This document shows, piece after piece, positions 8,294-17,507 of a DNA stretch of 64,000 nt (positions within the stretch are counted from its first letter, which is position 1; each line of letters begins with the position of its first letter). Location: the NCBI GenBank assembly GCA_013289955.1, contig JABCYZ010000019.1:28090-92089 (forward strand). Reading direction: 5' to 3'. The translations under genes were made by a program, and so were the position numbers. The DNA is from Acidobacteriota bacterium (GTDB taxonomy: Bacteria; Acidobacteriota; Terriglobia; Acidiferrales; UBA7541). The notes beneath the pieces are model-generated. The model ran no database searches, was not told the origin of the DNA, and worked only from the letters and a program-made list of their open reading frames with translations.

Positions 8294-9661
8294 CTACATG
8301 TCGCCGGGCGAGAATTGGGAGAAGGCATCGGGGGCGGCTTCCTCGAAACGCGTGAGGCGGCTGCGGAAGACGAATTTTACGTTGTCGGTCGGGCCGTTGC
8401 GCTGCTTGGCGATGCGGAGTTCGGTTTCTTCGCGTTCTTCGGGGCTGGCACCGGCTTTGAAGAAGTGGGGGCGGTAGATGAACATGACGACGTCGGCATC
8501 CTGTTCGATGGCGCCGGATTCGCGGAGGTCAGAGAGCTGAGGGCCGCGTTCGTCGCGCTCGGGGGCGCGGGTGAGCTGGCTGAGCACGAGCACAGGGATT
8601 TGCAATTCTTTCGCGAGGCCTTTGAGTCCCCGGGAGATGCTCGCGACTTCTTCCTGACGGTTTCCGAAGCGGCCGCGCGCGGTGATGAGCTGGAGATAAT
8701 CGACGATCAGCAGGGAGAGGCCTTTGTCGCGCTTGAGGCGGCGCGCTTTGGCGCCGATTTCCAGGACGCTAATGGAGCCGGCGTCATCGACCCACAGAGG
8801 GGCGTTGGAGATGACGCCGAGAGCTTCCGTCATGCTCGTCCAGTCGTTGCGATTCAGGTGGCCGGTGCGGAACTTGTGCGCATCGATCTGTGCGACCGAG
8901 GCGACCAGGCGCTGCAGGAGAGACTCCTTGGACATTTCGAGGCTGAAGATGGCCACCGGCTGGCCCGCGCGAATGGCGATGTTTTCGGCGAGGTTCAGGG
9001 CCAGCGCCGTTTTTCCCTGCGAGGGCCGCGCGGCCAGGATGAGCAGCTCGGAAGGCTGCAGGCCGGAAGTCAGCTTATCCAGCTCGACGTAGCCCGTGGG
9101 GATGCCCGTGATGCTTTTGCCTTCTTTAAAGATTTTTTCGAGGCGCTCGAAATTGTCGCGGACGATGTCCTTGACCGGAATCAAGCCGGCTTTCACGCGG
9201 TCTTCGGCAAGCAGGAAGATGGAGGATTCCGCGTTGTCCAGGATCATGTCGGCGCCGTCTTCGCCTTCAAACGCGCGCTGCTGGATGTTGTGCGTGGTGT
9301 GTATCAGGTTGCGCAGCATCGCCTTTTCCTTGACGATGCGCGCGTAGTGCTCGATGTTGGAGACCTTCGGCATGCCGTCGGCAAGAGAAGCGAGATACGG
9401 CGCGCCTCCCGAGGCCTCCAGATCGCCACGGCGATGGAGCTCTTCGGTGAGTGTAATCAGATCGATGGCTTGCTGGGCTTCGCTGAGAGCAATCATCTGC
9501 GTAAAGACGCGGCGGTGCTGGTCTAGAAAGAAATCCTCGGCCCGCAGATTTTCTATCGCGGCGTTCAAGGCGTTGTTGTCGAGCAAAATGGCGCCAAGGA
9601 CGGAGCGCTCGGCGTCCAGATTGTTCGGCAACGGTTTTTCTAGTGTCGTGTCAACGGACAT
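8294..9661 (-). CDS. dnaB: Replicative DNA helicase
   Basis: AERSVLGAIL, Walker A AARPSQGKT, FSLEMS, VDYLQL, SDLRESGAIEQDAD and KQRNGP. No intein. Confidence 0.98.
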   Translation of the reverse strand: MSVDTTLEKPLPNNLDAERSVLGAILLDNNALNAAIENLRAEDFFLDQHRRVFTQMIALSEAQQAIDLITLTEELHRRGDLEASGGAPYLASLADGMPKVSNIEHYARIVKEKAMLRNLIHTTHNIQQRAFEGEDGADMILDNAESSIFLLAEDRVKAGLIPVKDIVRDNFERLEKIFKEGKSITGIPTGYVELDKLTSGLQPSELLILAARPSQGKTALALNLAENIAIRAGQPVAIFSLEMSKESLLQRLVASVAQIDAHKFRTGHLNRNDWTSMTEALGVISNAPLWVDDAGSISVLEIGAKARRLKRDKGLSLLIVDYLQLITARGRFGNRQEEVASISRGLKGLAKELQIPVLVLSQLTRAPERDERGPQLSDLRESGAIEQDADVVMFIYRPHFFKAGASPEEREETELRIAKQRNGPTDNVKFVFRSRLTRFEEAAPDAFSQFSPGDM

Positions 9662-9898
9662 AGACGGTCCCAGCTATTCGCCTTTTCTTCGCTTTTGTAC
9701 CATTTTTCTCCGTGAGAGGGCAAGAGCGGAGTTTTTCAACGCAAAATCAAAGCTTCGCGATTCAAATTAAAATTAAATTGCATTCAAGCTGATGGGGCAT
9801 TGTGCGCGGAAGAAAGAGACACGTCAATCGCAGAGCTGTGAATCGTTTCGGAAAACGTTGCAAAACTTTTTTTGTGCGTGCTTCGAGCGTGTGTGCGC

Positions 9899-9925
9899 AA
9901 AAAAAGGGTGAGGCAAGCCCCACCC
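9899..9925 (-). terminator. Intrinsic terminator after rplI
   Basis: Minus strand GGGTGGGGC-TT-GCCTCACCC followed by T7. Confidence 0.75.
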
Positions 9926-9952
9926 CCTGCTCATTTCGGAGTATTGCCCGGA

Positions 9953-10399
9953 TTATTCTTCTTTGGCGACGTGAACGGTGACTTGAGCGGTGACGTCGCG
10001 AAAGACTTTGATGGTCACGGGGTATTCGCCGAGGGCCTTGATGGGATCGGCGATTTGGACCTGGCGCTTGTCGATCTTGAAATTCTGCGCCGCGAGGGCT
10101 TCGGCGATGTCGGCGGTGGTGACGGAGCCGAACATCTGATCGTTTTCCCCGGTCTTGCGCGTGAACTTCAGCGATACGCCATTGAGCAGAGCCGCCTGTT
10201 TTTGAGCCGCGTCCAGTTCCGTGGCGGTCTTTTTCGCAAGCGATGTGCGGATGCGTTCAATCGCTTTCAGATTGCCGGCATTGGCTTCCACGGCAAGCTT
10301 GCGCGGCAAAAGGAAATTGCGGGCGTAGCCGGGCTTGACGGTGACGACGTCGCCGCGATGGCCGAGCTTTTCGATGTCTTCTTGAAGAATGATTTGCAT
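9953..10399 (-). CDS. rplI: 50S ribosomal protein L9
   Basis: MQIILQEDIEKLGHRGDVVTVKPGYARNFLLP; QMFGSVT; IKALGEY. Confidence 0.98.
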   Translation of the reverse strand: MQIILQEDIEKLGHRGDVVTVKPGYARNFLLPRKLAVEANAGNLKAIERIRTSLAKKTATELDAAQKQAALLNGVSLKFTRKTGENDQMFGSVTTADIAEALAAQNFKIDKRQVQIADPIKALGEYPVTIKVFRDVTAQVTVHVAKEE

Positions 10400-10440
10400 G
10401 TTCTCTCTCTATGCTCCTGTTTAGCTTCGCCCGAAGAGCC

Positions 10441-10956
10441 TTACGCCTTCGGGGCCTCGGCGGAAGCGGCTGGCGCGGCGGCGGGTGATGATGCGGCTGC
10501 CGGCGTCGCGGGGTGGGCTGCAGGCGCTGCATGAGCGGCCTGCGGGACAACCTGGCGCGGGGCTTGGGTGCCGGCAGCGCTGCCTGCGAACGGCAGCAAG
10601 GCGATGTTGCGCGCGCGCTTGATGGCCACGCCGAGCCAGCGCTGGTGGCGCGAGCAAACTCCGGTCATGCGGCGCGGCAGAATCTTGCCGCGTTCCTGGA
10701 CGAACTGCGAAAGAATGTCCGCGCGCTTGTAGTCGACGAAATCCATCTTCTCGACGCAGAACTTGCAGACTTTCTTCTTGCGGAAATACTGGCGCTTGCC
10801 ACGCGGACGGCCGCCGGGACCTCCCGGACCGCCACCGCCTGGTCCGCCCTCGCGACGCGGGCCACCATGCCCTCCGCCGGGTCCGCCATGGCCGCCACCG
10901 CCTTCGCGACGCGGCGGTCCACTGTGAGACTGTGCTTGTTTCGGATCCTCTGCCAT
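10441..10956 (-). CDS. rpsR: 30S ribosomal protein S18 with long low-complexity N- and C-terminal extensions
   Basis: [35 protein letters not shown] and [12 protein letters not shown]. Confidence 0.97.
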   Translation of the reverse strand: MAEDPKQAQSHSGPPRREGGGGHGGPGGGHGGPRREGGPGGGGPGGPGGRPRGKRQYFRKKKVCKFCVEKMDFVDYKRADILSQFVQERGKILPRRMTGVCSRHQRWLGVAIKRARNIALLPFAGSAAGTQAPRQVVPQAAHAAPAAHPATPAAASSPAAAPAASAEAPKA

Positions 10957-11015
10957 ACCATCCTGCCTTTCTCTCGTAACTCAGAATTTCGTTGTTACCT
11001 TAACCCGCTGCCGCT

Positions 11016-11450
11016 TTAGCCCGCTGCGGCCGTTGGTTCCGGCGCGGGCGCGGGAGCCGGCGTTGACGCTGGTGCCGAAGCGGGAGCGCTGCGGCGCGGA
11101 CGCCGCGCGGCGCGCTGCTCGCGCTTTCCGCCGAGCTTCTTCTGGCGCTTCAAATCTTCGTCGAGCCGCACCGTCAGATACTTGATAACCACGTCCTGGA
11201 CGCGCAGACGGCGCTCGAGCTCCGCGATCAGCTCAGGGTGATTCGTGCGGATCTGTTGATAGACGTAAATGCCTTCGCGATGCTTGGCGACGCGGTAGGC
11301 AAGCTTGCGCGTGCCCCAGTGCTCGGTCTTCTCGATCTTTGCGCCCTTTTCCGCGCAAGTGTGCTCGATGCCGGTAATCACCTTCTTGATTTCGTCTTCC
11401 GGCGTTGCCGGGCGGGCGATGAAAATCAGATCGTACAGACGCTCTTCCAT
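11016..11450 (-). CDS. rpsF: 30S ribosomal protein S6
   Basis: LYDLIFIARP, WGTRKLAYRV, ELERRLRV and VIKYLTVR. Precedes rpsR. Confidence 0.97.
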   Translation of the reverse strand: MEERLYDLIFIARPATPEDEIKKVITGIEHTCAEKGAKIEKTEHWGTRKLAYRVAKHREGIYVYQQIRTNHPELIAELERRLRVQDVVIKYLTVRLDEDLKRQKKLGGKREQRAARRPRRSAPASAPASTPAPAPAPEPTAAAG

Positions 11451-11454
11451 GATG

Positions 11455-11495
11455 ACCTCTTTCCTCTTTCGGCCGATGATACCGGCGGCACTTCA
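11455..11495 (-). ncRNA. Candidate S6:S18 autoregulatory leader
   Basis: Minus strand GCCG-gtatcat-CGG followed by CCG and a purine-rich AAAGAGGAAAGAGG just before the rpsF ATG. This hairpin-then-CCG layout resembles the described S6:S18 motif. Confidence 0.45.
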
Positions 11496-11526
11496 AATCT
11501 GCTGCGAATCAACCCAGCGGAACCGT

Positions 11527-12123
11527 TCACTCTTTTTCCGGCTCTTCCGCTTCGAGCGGCTTTCGCCGGTTGAAGATGTTCATTGCCGGCTCGATTCCCT
11601 TAGCGAGAATCATTTCCACGGCGTCGCCTGCTTTGCCAATCATCTCCGCCGCTACTTCGAGCTCGGCCTTTTTCATCGGCCGCAGCACGAATTCTTTGCG
11701 GCTGCTCAGCGGATGATCCGGCCCGCAACCCAAACGAATCCGCGAAAACTCCTGCGTGCCGACGGCGCTAATCACTGAATTCGCGCCGTTGTGACTGCCG
11801 CCGCTTCCTTTGCGGTCGATGCGAATCGTTCCAAAAGGCAACTGCACTTCATCCCACATCACCAGCAAATCCACAGGGCCCAGTTCGTACTTCTCCAGCA
11901 GCTCCCGGACCGAGATGCCGCTGAGATTCATGTACGTCTGCGGCTTCGCCAGCAATACATCTTCTCCGGCGAGCCTGCCCTTGCCTACGAGCGCCTTGCC
12001 TTCGGGGCGCTCGACGCGAATCCCGCCGCGATTCGCCAGATCGTCCACCGCCAGAAATCCGAGGTTATGCGGCGTCCATTGGTACTCCGGATCAGGATTC
12101 CCAAGTCCGATGATGAGCCGCAT
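11527..12123 (-). CDS. pth: Peptidyl-tRNA hydrolase
   Basis: LIIGLGNP, TPHNLGF, KPQTYMNLSG, GGSHNG and RIRLGCG. Confidence 0.97.
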   Translation of the reverse strand: MRLIIGLGNPDPEYQWTPHNLGFLAVDDLANRGGIRVERPEGKALVGKGRLAGEDVLLAKPQTYMNLSGISVRELLEKYELGPVDLLVMWDEVQLPFGTIRIDRKGSGGSHNGANSVISAVGTQEFSRIRLGCGPDHPLSSRKEFVLRPMKKAELEVAAEMIGKAGDAVEMILAKGIEPAMNIFNRRKPLEAEEPEKE

Positions 12124-12180
12124 AGGCCTCTGCCGGGCAGCTGGCTTGCCGCCAACTGCCACGATTTACAAACTGCAGCA

Positions 12181-12903
12181 CTACTTTTTCTTCTCGCCCT
12201 TTTCGGCCTTTTCCGGTTTGGCTTCGGCTTCGGCGCCTTCTTCGCCTTCGACTTCTTTCTTGCCCTTCTTGATGACTTCGGGTTCGGCGGGCGCCGCAGC
12301 ATCGGCGGCCACGGCTTCGACGGGCTTCTCTTCTTCGACCTTGAGAGCCACGACGTGAGCCAGGACGCGTTCCGGATCGGTCAGCAGCTTCATCTTGGCG
12401 GTGTCGATCGCCAAGTCTTTGGCGCGAAGCTGGCTGTTGAGCATCAAGGCGCTGACGTCGACCTTGAATTCCGTCGGGATGTCCGCGGGCAAGCATTCGA
12501 TTTCCACTTCGCGCGTGACGACTTCGAAGACGCCGCCTTGCTGCTTCACGCCGGCGGGTTCACCGAAGGTGTGCACGGGCACGTTCACCCGCATGCGAAC
12601 GTCCATGGCCACGCGAAGAAGATCGACGTGGAGGAGATTGCCGCTCAGCGGATCGACTTGCCAATCTTTCAAGATGGCGGGTTCGTGTTTGCCGGCGAGA
12701 TCCACCTGGAAGAGCGTGTTGTGGCCGGTGGCGGAGCGGAGAATCGCGCCGATCTGCTTGGTATTGAGCGCCAGCGCGATGGAATCGCCTTTGCCGCCAT
12801 AGAGGACGGCGGGAACCTTGCCGGTCTGGCGCAGGCGCTTGGCCTCGTTTTTGCCCCGATCGGAGCGGGGCGCTCCTTCTACTACGATTTGTGTCTGAGC
12901 CAT
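12181..12903 (-). CDS. rplY: 50S ribosomal protein L25/CTC
   Basis: GKVPAVLYG, LLHVDL, GVKQQGG, CLPADIP; acidic/basic C-terminal tail. Confidence 0.97.
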   Translation of the reverse strand: MAQTQIVVEGAPRSDRGKNEAKRLRQTGKVPAVLYGGKGDSIALALNTKQIGAILRSATGHNTLFQVDLAGKHEPAILKDWQVDPLSGNLLHVDLLRVAMDVRMRVNVPVHTFGEPAGVKQQGGVFEVVTREVEIECLPADIPTEFKVDVSALMLNSQLRAKDLAIDTAKMKLLTDPERVLAHVVALKVEEEKPVEAVAADAAAPAEPEVIKKGKKEVEGEEGAEAEAKPEKAEKGEKKK

Positions 12904-12965
12904 ACTTTCATTCCTTCCGTGAAAACTTTAACTTCTACAAGCGCGGCAGACCGGAGTCGCCGCAC

Positions 12966-13910
12966 TTAAATAAACAGCTCGCTGATCGACGTTTCTTCGT
13001 GAATGGAACGGATGCCGCGGGCGAGAAGATCCGCCACGCTCAAGACCTTGATTTTGCCCATGCCCTTTGCGCCTTCGGCGAGAGGGACGGAATCCGTCGC
13101 GACCACCTCTTTGATTTGGGAGTTCGCGATGCGCTCGATGGCCGGGCCGGACAAGACGGCGTGCGTGCAGGCGGCGTAGACCTGCGTCGAGCCCTCCCGG
13201 ATGAGCGCTTCGGCGGTTTTTACAAGCGTACCGGCCGTGTCGATGATGTCGTCGACGATCAGAGTACTGCGGCCGCGGACGTCGCCGATCAGGTTCATCA
13301 CTTCGCTGACGTCTACATCGACGCGGCGTTTGTCGACGATGGCCAGCGGGGCATCCAGTTTTTTCGCGAAGAACCGAGCGCGTTCCACGCCGCCGGCATC
13401 TGGCGAAACGACCGTCAGATTCGGCAGATTCAAATGGCGGAAGTGCTCGACCAGGACCGGAGACCCGTACAAGTGATCCACCGGAACGTCGAAGTAGCCC
13501 TGAATTTGCGGCGCGTGCAGGTCCAGCGTCAATGCGCGGCTTGCGCCGGCCGTTTCAAGAAGGTCGGCGACGAGTTTTGCTGAGATGGGGACGCGGGGCT
13601 TGTCTTTGCGGTCCTGGCGCGCGTAGCAGTAATACGGCAGGACGGCCGTGATACGCCAGGCGGATGCGCGCTTGAAAGCATCGATCATCAGGAGCAGTTC
13701 GAACAGATGGTTATCGACGGGATAGCAGCACGGTTGGACGACGAAGACATCGGCGCCGCGGACGTTTTCCAGAATCTGGAAATAAATCTCGCCGTCGCTG
13801 AAGCGCCCGAGCTTGGCCTTGCCGAGAGGCACTTCCAGATGGCGGCAAATGCTCTCCGCCAGCGGCAGATTCGCTGTTCCCGAGAAAATTTTGAATCGGT
13901 CGTCGTTCAC
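12966..13910 (-). CDS. prs: Ribose-phosphate pyrophosphokinase
   Basis: FSDGE, PYYCYARQDRK, DLHAPQIQG, VSPDAGG and VDDIIDTAGT. Likely GTG start at 13910. Confidence 0.98.
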   Translation of the reverse strand: MNDDRFKIFSGTANLPLAESICRHLEVPLGKAKLGRFSDGEIYFQILENVRGADVFVVQPCCYPVDNHLFELLLMIDAFKRASAWRITAVLPYYCYARQDRKDKPRVPISAKLVADLLETAGASRALTLDLHAPQIQGYFDVPVDHLYGSPVLVEHFRHLNLPNLTVVSPDAGGVERARFFAKKLDAPLAIVDKRRVDVDVSEVMNLIGDVRGRSTLIVDDIIDTAGTLVKTAEALIREGSTQVYAACTHAVLSGPAIERIANSQIKEVVATDSVPLAEGAKGMGKIKVLSVADLLARGIRSIHEETSISELFI

Positions 13911-14045
13911 TACGCTTGTGCTCCGGCAGCCCCGGCATGGGGCTGGCACGCTTCTTGGCCCGAAATCACGTTCAACGGATCACTGGTTCCGTGCTTTGGA
14001 GACGCTGCGGATCAACCGAGGACAAACGGAGGACACTGGTCTAGG

Positions 14046-14948
14046 TCAAAGAGTGCCCTGCATTTTACGAACGTACCTGTCGCGCGAGAACGTCTCGCAA
14101 ACAAAGGTCTGATCGTCCGGAAACCCAACAGCGGCTCGGCGCGCCTTCGCTGGGCTCGGGAAAACTCCAAACACCGCCGAACCGCTACCCGCCAGCGAGG
14201 CTTCTGCAGCTCCTCGTTCGAGCAAGGCCCGCTTGATTTGAGCAAGACGGGGGTGACGCCGGAAAACGGGCCGCTCGAAATCGTTCGAGAGACCGCTTCC
14301 CTGCGCGCTCCAACATAGAGCACAGAACCTCCAAAGTTTAGGGTCTGTGGCGATTTTTGTCAATGTCAGCGGGCGCGCCTTGAGCCACTTATAGGCATCC
14401 CGAGTGGGAACCTGGATCTCCGCCGGGGAGACGATCAGCAGGGAGAGCCTGGGAATATCGGGAAGAGGGTAGATCTCGTTGCCACGGCTGACGCCAAGCG
14501 CTCGGCCACCAAAGAGGAAGAAGGGGACGTCGGCGCCGAGCGAGGAGGCGATTTCGAGCAGTTCGGGCAGCGGCAGGGTGCGTCCTGTCAGCCGCAGGTA
14601 GCCGAGCAGGGCGGCGGCGGCGTCGCTCGAACCGCCTCCCATGCCGCGGCCCGCGGGGATTGCTTTGCGCAGCTCGATCTCGACGCCGGAAGGGATTCTG
14701 AGCGCCTCGCGAAGAGCGTGGACGGCGCGGTAGACAAGATTTTTCTGAGAAGGCTCCCGGGAAAGAACGGCATTTCCCTGGATCGTGAGGGAAATACCCG
14801 GCGGCCGCGAAACGCGCAGACGCAACTCGTCGTGGAGCGAAACGGTTTGAAAAATCGTGCGGAGCTCGTGGTAGCCGTCGGGGCGTTTTCCGAGAATATC
14901 GAGGCACAGGTTGATTTTGGCAAACGCGGGGATGCGGACTTCGCGCAT
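14046..14948 (-). CDS. ispE: 4-diphosphocytidyl-2-C-methyl-D-erythritol kinase
   Basis: AKINLCL, GYHEL, IPAGRGMGGGSSDAAA, LGADVPF and LAGSGSAVF. Start ATG 14948. Confidence 0.97.
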   Translation of the reverse strand: MREVRIPAFAKINLCLDILGKRPDGYHELRTIFQTVSLHDELRLRVSRPPGISLTIQGNAVLSREPSQKNLVYRAVHALREALRIPSGVEIELRKAIPAGRGMGGGSSDAAAALLGYLRLTGRTLPLPELLEIASSLGADVPFFLFGGRALGVSRGNEIYPLPDIPRLSLLIVSPAEIQVPTRDAYKWLKARPLTLTKIATDPKLWRFCALCWSAQGSGLSNDFERPVFRRHPRLAQIKRALLERGAAEASLAGSGSAVFGVFPSPAKARRAAVGFPDDQTFVCETFSRDRYVRKMQGTL

Positions 14949-14953
14949 GCCGC

Positions 14954-17059
14954 TTACTGAGGTTTCGCGTCTTGCGGCGAGGATTTTTGCGCCACGCGGT
15001 GCTTTACCTGGGAGAGTTTCTTTTCGATTTCCGCGATTTTGTCGTTTTCGACGTCCGCAGGCAGCGAGCGATGCCATTCGGTCAGCGACTTCTCCCATTC
15101 GATGGCGGCCAGATCCATGCGGCCGGACTTGGCGTACACGTCGGCCAGGTGCGAGCGGATGGTGGCGTCGTGGCTTTCGATGGCGACGGCTTTCTGTAGC
15201 GTCGCTTCGGCATCGGCTAGTTTATTTTCGCGGAAATAGATCCAGCCAAGGCTATCGAGATACGCACCGCTGTGCGGTTCTTCTTTCAGCGCGCGCTGGA
15301 CAAGCGCCTCGGCTTCATCGAGACGAATGCCAAGATCACCAAGCATATAGCCGTAGTAGTTGAGCACAGGAGCGTTTCTCGGATTCGCTTCCAGAGTCTT
15401 TTTGAATTCGGTTTCGGCGCGGTCGTAGAATTTCTGGCGCTCGTAGATGGCTCCCAGCAGAAACCACACCATTTCATTATCGCGGGGTTCCCCTGGAATG
15501 GCTTCCGCGGTACGGGCGGCTTCTTCGGCTTCCTTGTAATGGCGGCCACGCTCGTAGACCTGCGCGATGTTCAGGTAAATTTCGCGGTCGGCTTCGGTCT
15601 TTGTGAGCTGCGAACGAAGTACCTTTACGGCTTCGTCGGTCTGGCCGTTTTCACCAAGCAGGAGCGCGTCGGAAGTGCGGAGACCTTGATCGCTGGGATA
15701 TTTTGTCAACGCTTCCTTGCCGGCCTGGAGGGCCTTCGGCAAATCTTTGGCTGCACGGTAGGTGTCCATGATCAGCATGCGCGAGCGGCGATCTTCTTCA
15801 TCGCCGAGGCGGCCCAGCTCTTCGAAGGTGTAAATGGCGGCCTGAAAATTCTGCGTGTCGCGGTAAAGCTGGCCGAGCTGCTGGTACAAAATGGCCAGCG
15901 AGCGGCGGCGCGAGGGCAGCACGGTCGATTGCGACTTGAGTCCGGTGACGGCGTCGGAGAGCACGCGAATGGCATCTTCGTAACGGCCCTGCGCTTCATA
16001 CAGCATGGCCTCGTTATACATAACTTCGAGGCTGCCGGGAGCGTACTGGCGGGCCTTCAGGAGATTTTCTTCGGCGTGATCGAGCTGGTGCAACTCCCGG
16101 TAAATCTGCGCGAGGCGCAGATAGACGTCGGAATCATCTGGCATCTGGTCGGAGAGTTTCTGATAAACGGTGAGTGCGTCGGCGAATTTTTCTTCGGCGA
16201 GAAGCGTCTGGCCCAAGCCGCGAAGGTGGCTCAGTTCAGTGGGGTCCAGGTCCGTAGCTTTCTGATAGGCGGCTTCGGCTTTCGCGAGGTCGTGCGTCTG
16301 CGTATAGGCATCGCCCAGAAGATCGAGCAAAGCAGGGGAAGGCGCACGGCTCGTAATGCTTTCCAGCAGCGAAACAGCGTCCGCGGATTTGCCTTCATCG
16401 AGGAGGAGCTGCGTCAGCTGTTCGACGGCCGCTTCGTTTTCTGGATCTTGCTTGAGGAGGCCTCGCAGCACTTCTTCGGCCTTGTCATGCTCGTTGCGCA
16501 AGCGGTAGAGCCGCGCCAGCCATAGCGCCGATTCTGAATCCGTGGAATCCAGGCGGTAGACTTCCTTGTATTGTTCGATGGCGCGTTCTGCCATGTCGGA
16601 CTGCGCACTCGAAGTCAGATTGCCCAGCATGCGCAGGTAGATCCGGCCGAGCAGACGGCGGGTGGGCAGATCATTCGGGTCGCGCTTGAGGAGTTCCTGC
16701 GCTTCCAATTCGGCCTCGTGGACGCGCTGGGTCTTCCAATACATCTCGGCCAGACGCTCGCCGATGACCGGCGACTTGGGATCGAGCGCATAAGCCTTCT
16801 TGTAGGCATCGATGGCCTGGGTAGCGTATTCCGGCTGGTTGGTGGTCTCATACTGCTGCTCGAGGAGATGCCCCATCGCGTAGTTGTAGTAAGCGTCGGC
16901 GCGAGGAGAAGGAGCGATCGGGCTTTCGGCAGGTGCGGCGGGCTTCGATTGGGTCTCGGCGTCCTTCTGGACCTGCCCTGGAACGGGAGTCTGGGCAGCG
17001 CCGAGGGCGCTGCATGCGCCCGTCAGAAGTCCAGCAAGACTGATTCTTAGTAGATTCAT
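14954..17059 (-). CDS. Exported tetratricopeptide repeat protein
   Basis: Signal peptide, many TPR-like repeats, C-terminal LNYYGYML / AYLDSLGWIYF / HLADVY block. This type of protein commonly precedes ispE. Confidence 0.88.
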   Translation of the reverse strand: MNLLRISLAGLLTGACSALGAAQTPVPGQVQKDAETQSKPAAPAESPIAPSPRADAYYNYAMGHLLEQQYETTNQPEYATQAIDAYKKAYALDPKSPVIGERLAEMYWKTQRVHEAELEAQELLKRDPNDLPTRRLLGRIYLRMLGNLTSSAQSDMAERAIEQYKEVYRLDSTDSESALWLARLYRLRNEHDKAEEVLRGLLKQDPENEAAVEQLTQLLLDEGKSADAVSLLESITSRAPSPALLDLLGDAYTQTHDLAKAEAAYQKATDLDPTELSHLRGLGQTLLAEEKFADALTVYQKLSDQMPDDSDVYLRLAQIYRELHQLDHAEENLLKARQYAPGSLEVMYNEAMLYEAQGRYEDAIRVLSDAVTGLKSQSTVLPSRRRSLAILYQQLGQLYRDTQNFQAAIYTFEELGRLGDEEDRRSRMLIMDTYRAAKDLPKALQAGKEALTKYPSDQGLRTSDALLLGENGQTDEAVKVLRSQLTKTEADREIYLNIAQVYERGRHYKEAEEAARTAEAIPGEPRDNEMVWFLLGAIYERQKFYDRAETEFKKTLEANPRNAPVLNYYGYMLGDLGIRLDEAEALVQRALKEEPHSGAYLDSLGWIYFRENKLADAEATLQKAVAIESHDATIRSHLADVYAKSGRMDLAAIEWEKSLTEWHRSLPADVENDKIAEIEKKLSQVKHRVAQKSSPQDAKPQ

Positions 17060-17507
17060 AGAAGCCCCGGAAACAAAAAGTATCCCATGCGTCTGGAACG
17101 CGGTCAAAAGCCAAGCGTACGCCGTTTCCAAGGCCCAAAGGCGCCCTTACCTAGGATGCAAGAAAATCTAAAAGAGTTGAAATGGAATCTTTGGCAGCGT
17201 TGTATTTATTAGTTGGAGGTGACTTCGCCCCAGCCCGATTTTTGCTTAGGCAGGAGCCCGCCCCGGCAAAGCCTGCGGTAGGGAAGCTCACCTGCAAGAT
17301 TTTGCATGGCTTGCCGGAAAGCGGGAAGCGAAGACGGGGAAAAGGAGCACTTCGAGTCTGACCATCCCGTGGACGGGCAGAGGAAGAACATTATTCTGAC
17401 GCGCATGGACGAGAATGCGTCGGGCCGCTCGGACCTTGTCGACGGTAAAGCAAAGACGGACATCATCGAACCGGTCTACCACCCGAGGGACGGGAGCCGG
17501 GTGCGCT

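Noticed and set aside
8294-9661. Intein in DnaB
   Set aside because: Normal 455-aa length with continuous motifs.
9750-9850. oriC or DnaA boxes near dnaB
   Set aside because: Only one poor match (CTGTGAATC) and a short AT-rich patch; no box cluster.
11481-11520. CTTCAAATC as a tRNA-Sec anticodon loop (also GGCTTCAAAT near 4133)
   Set aside because: No anticodon stem, T-arm or acceptor stem can be formed.
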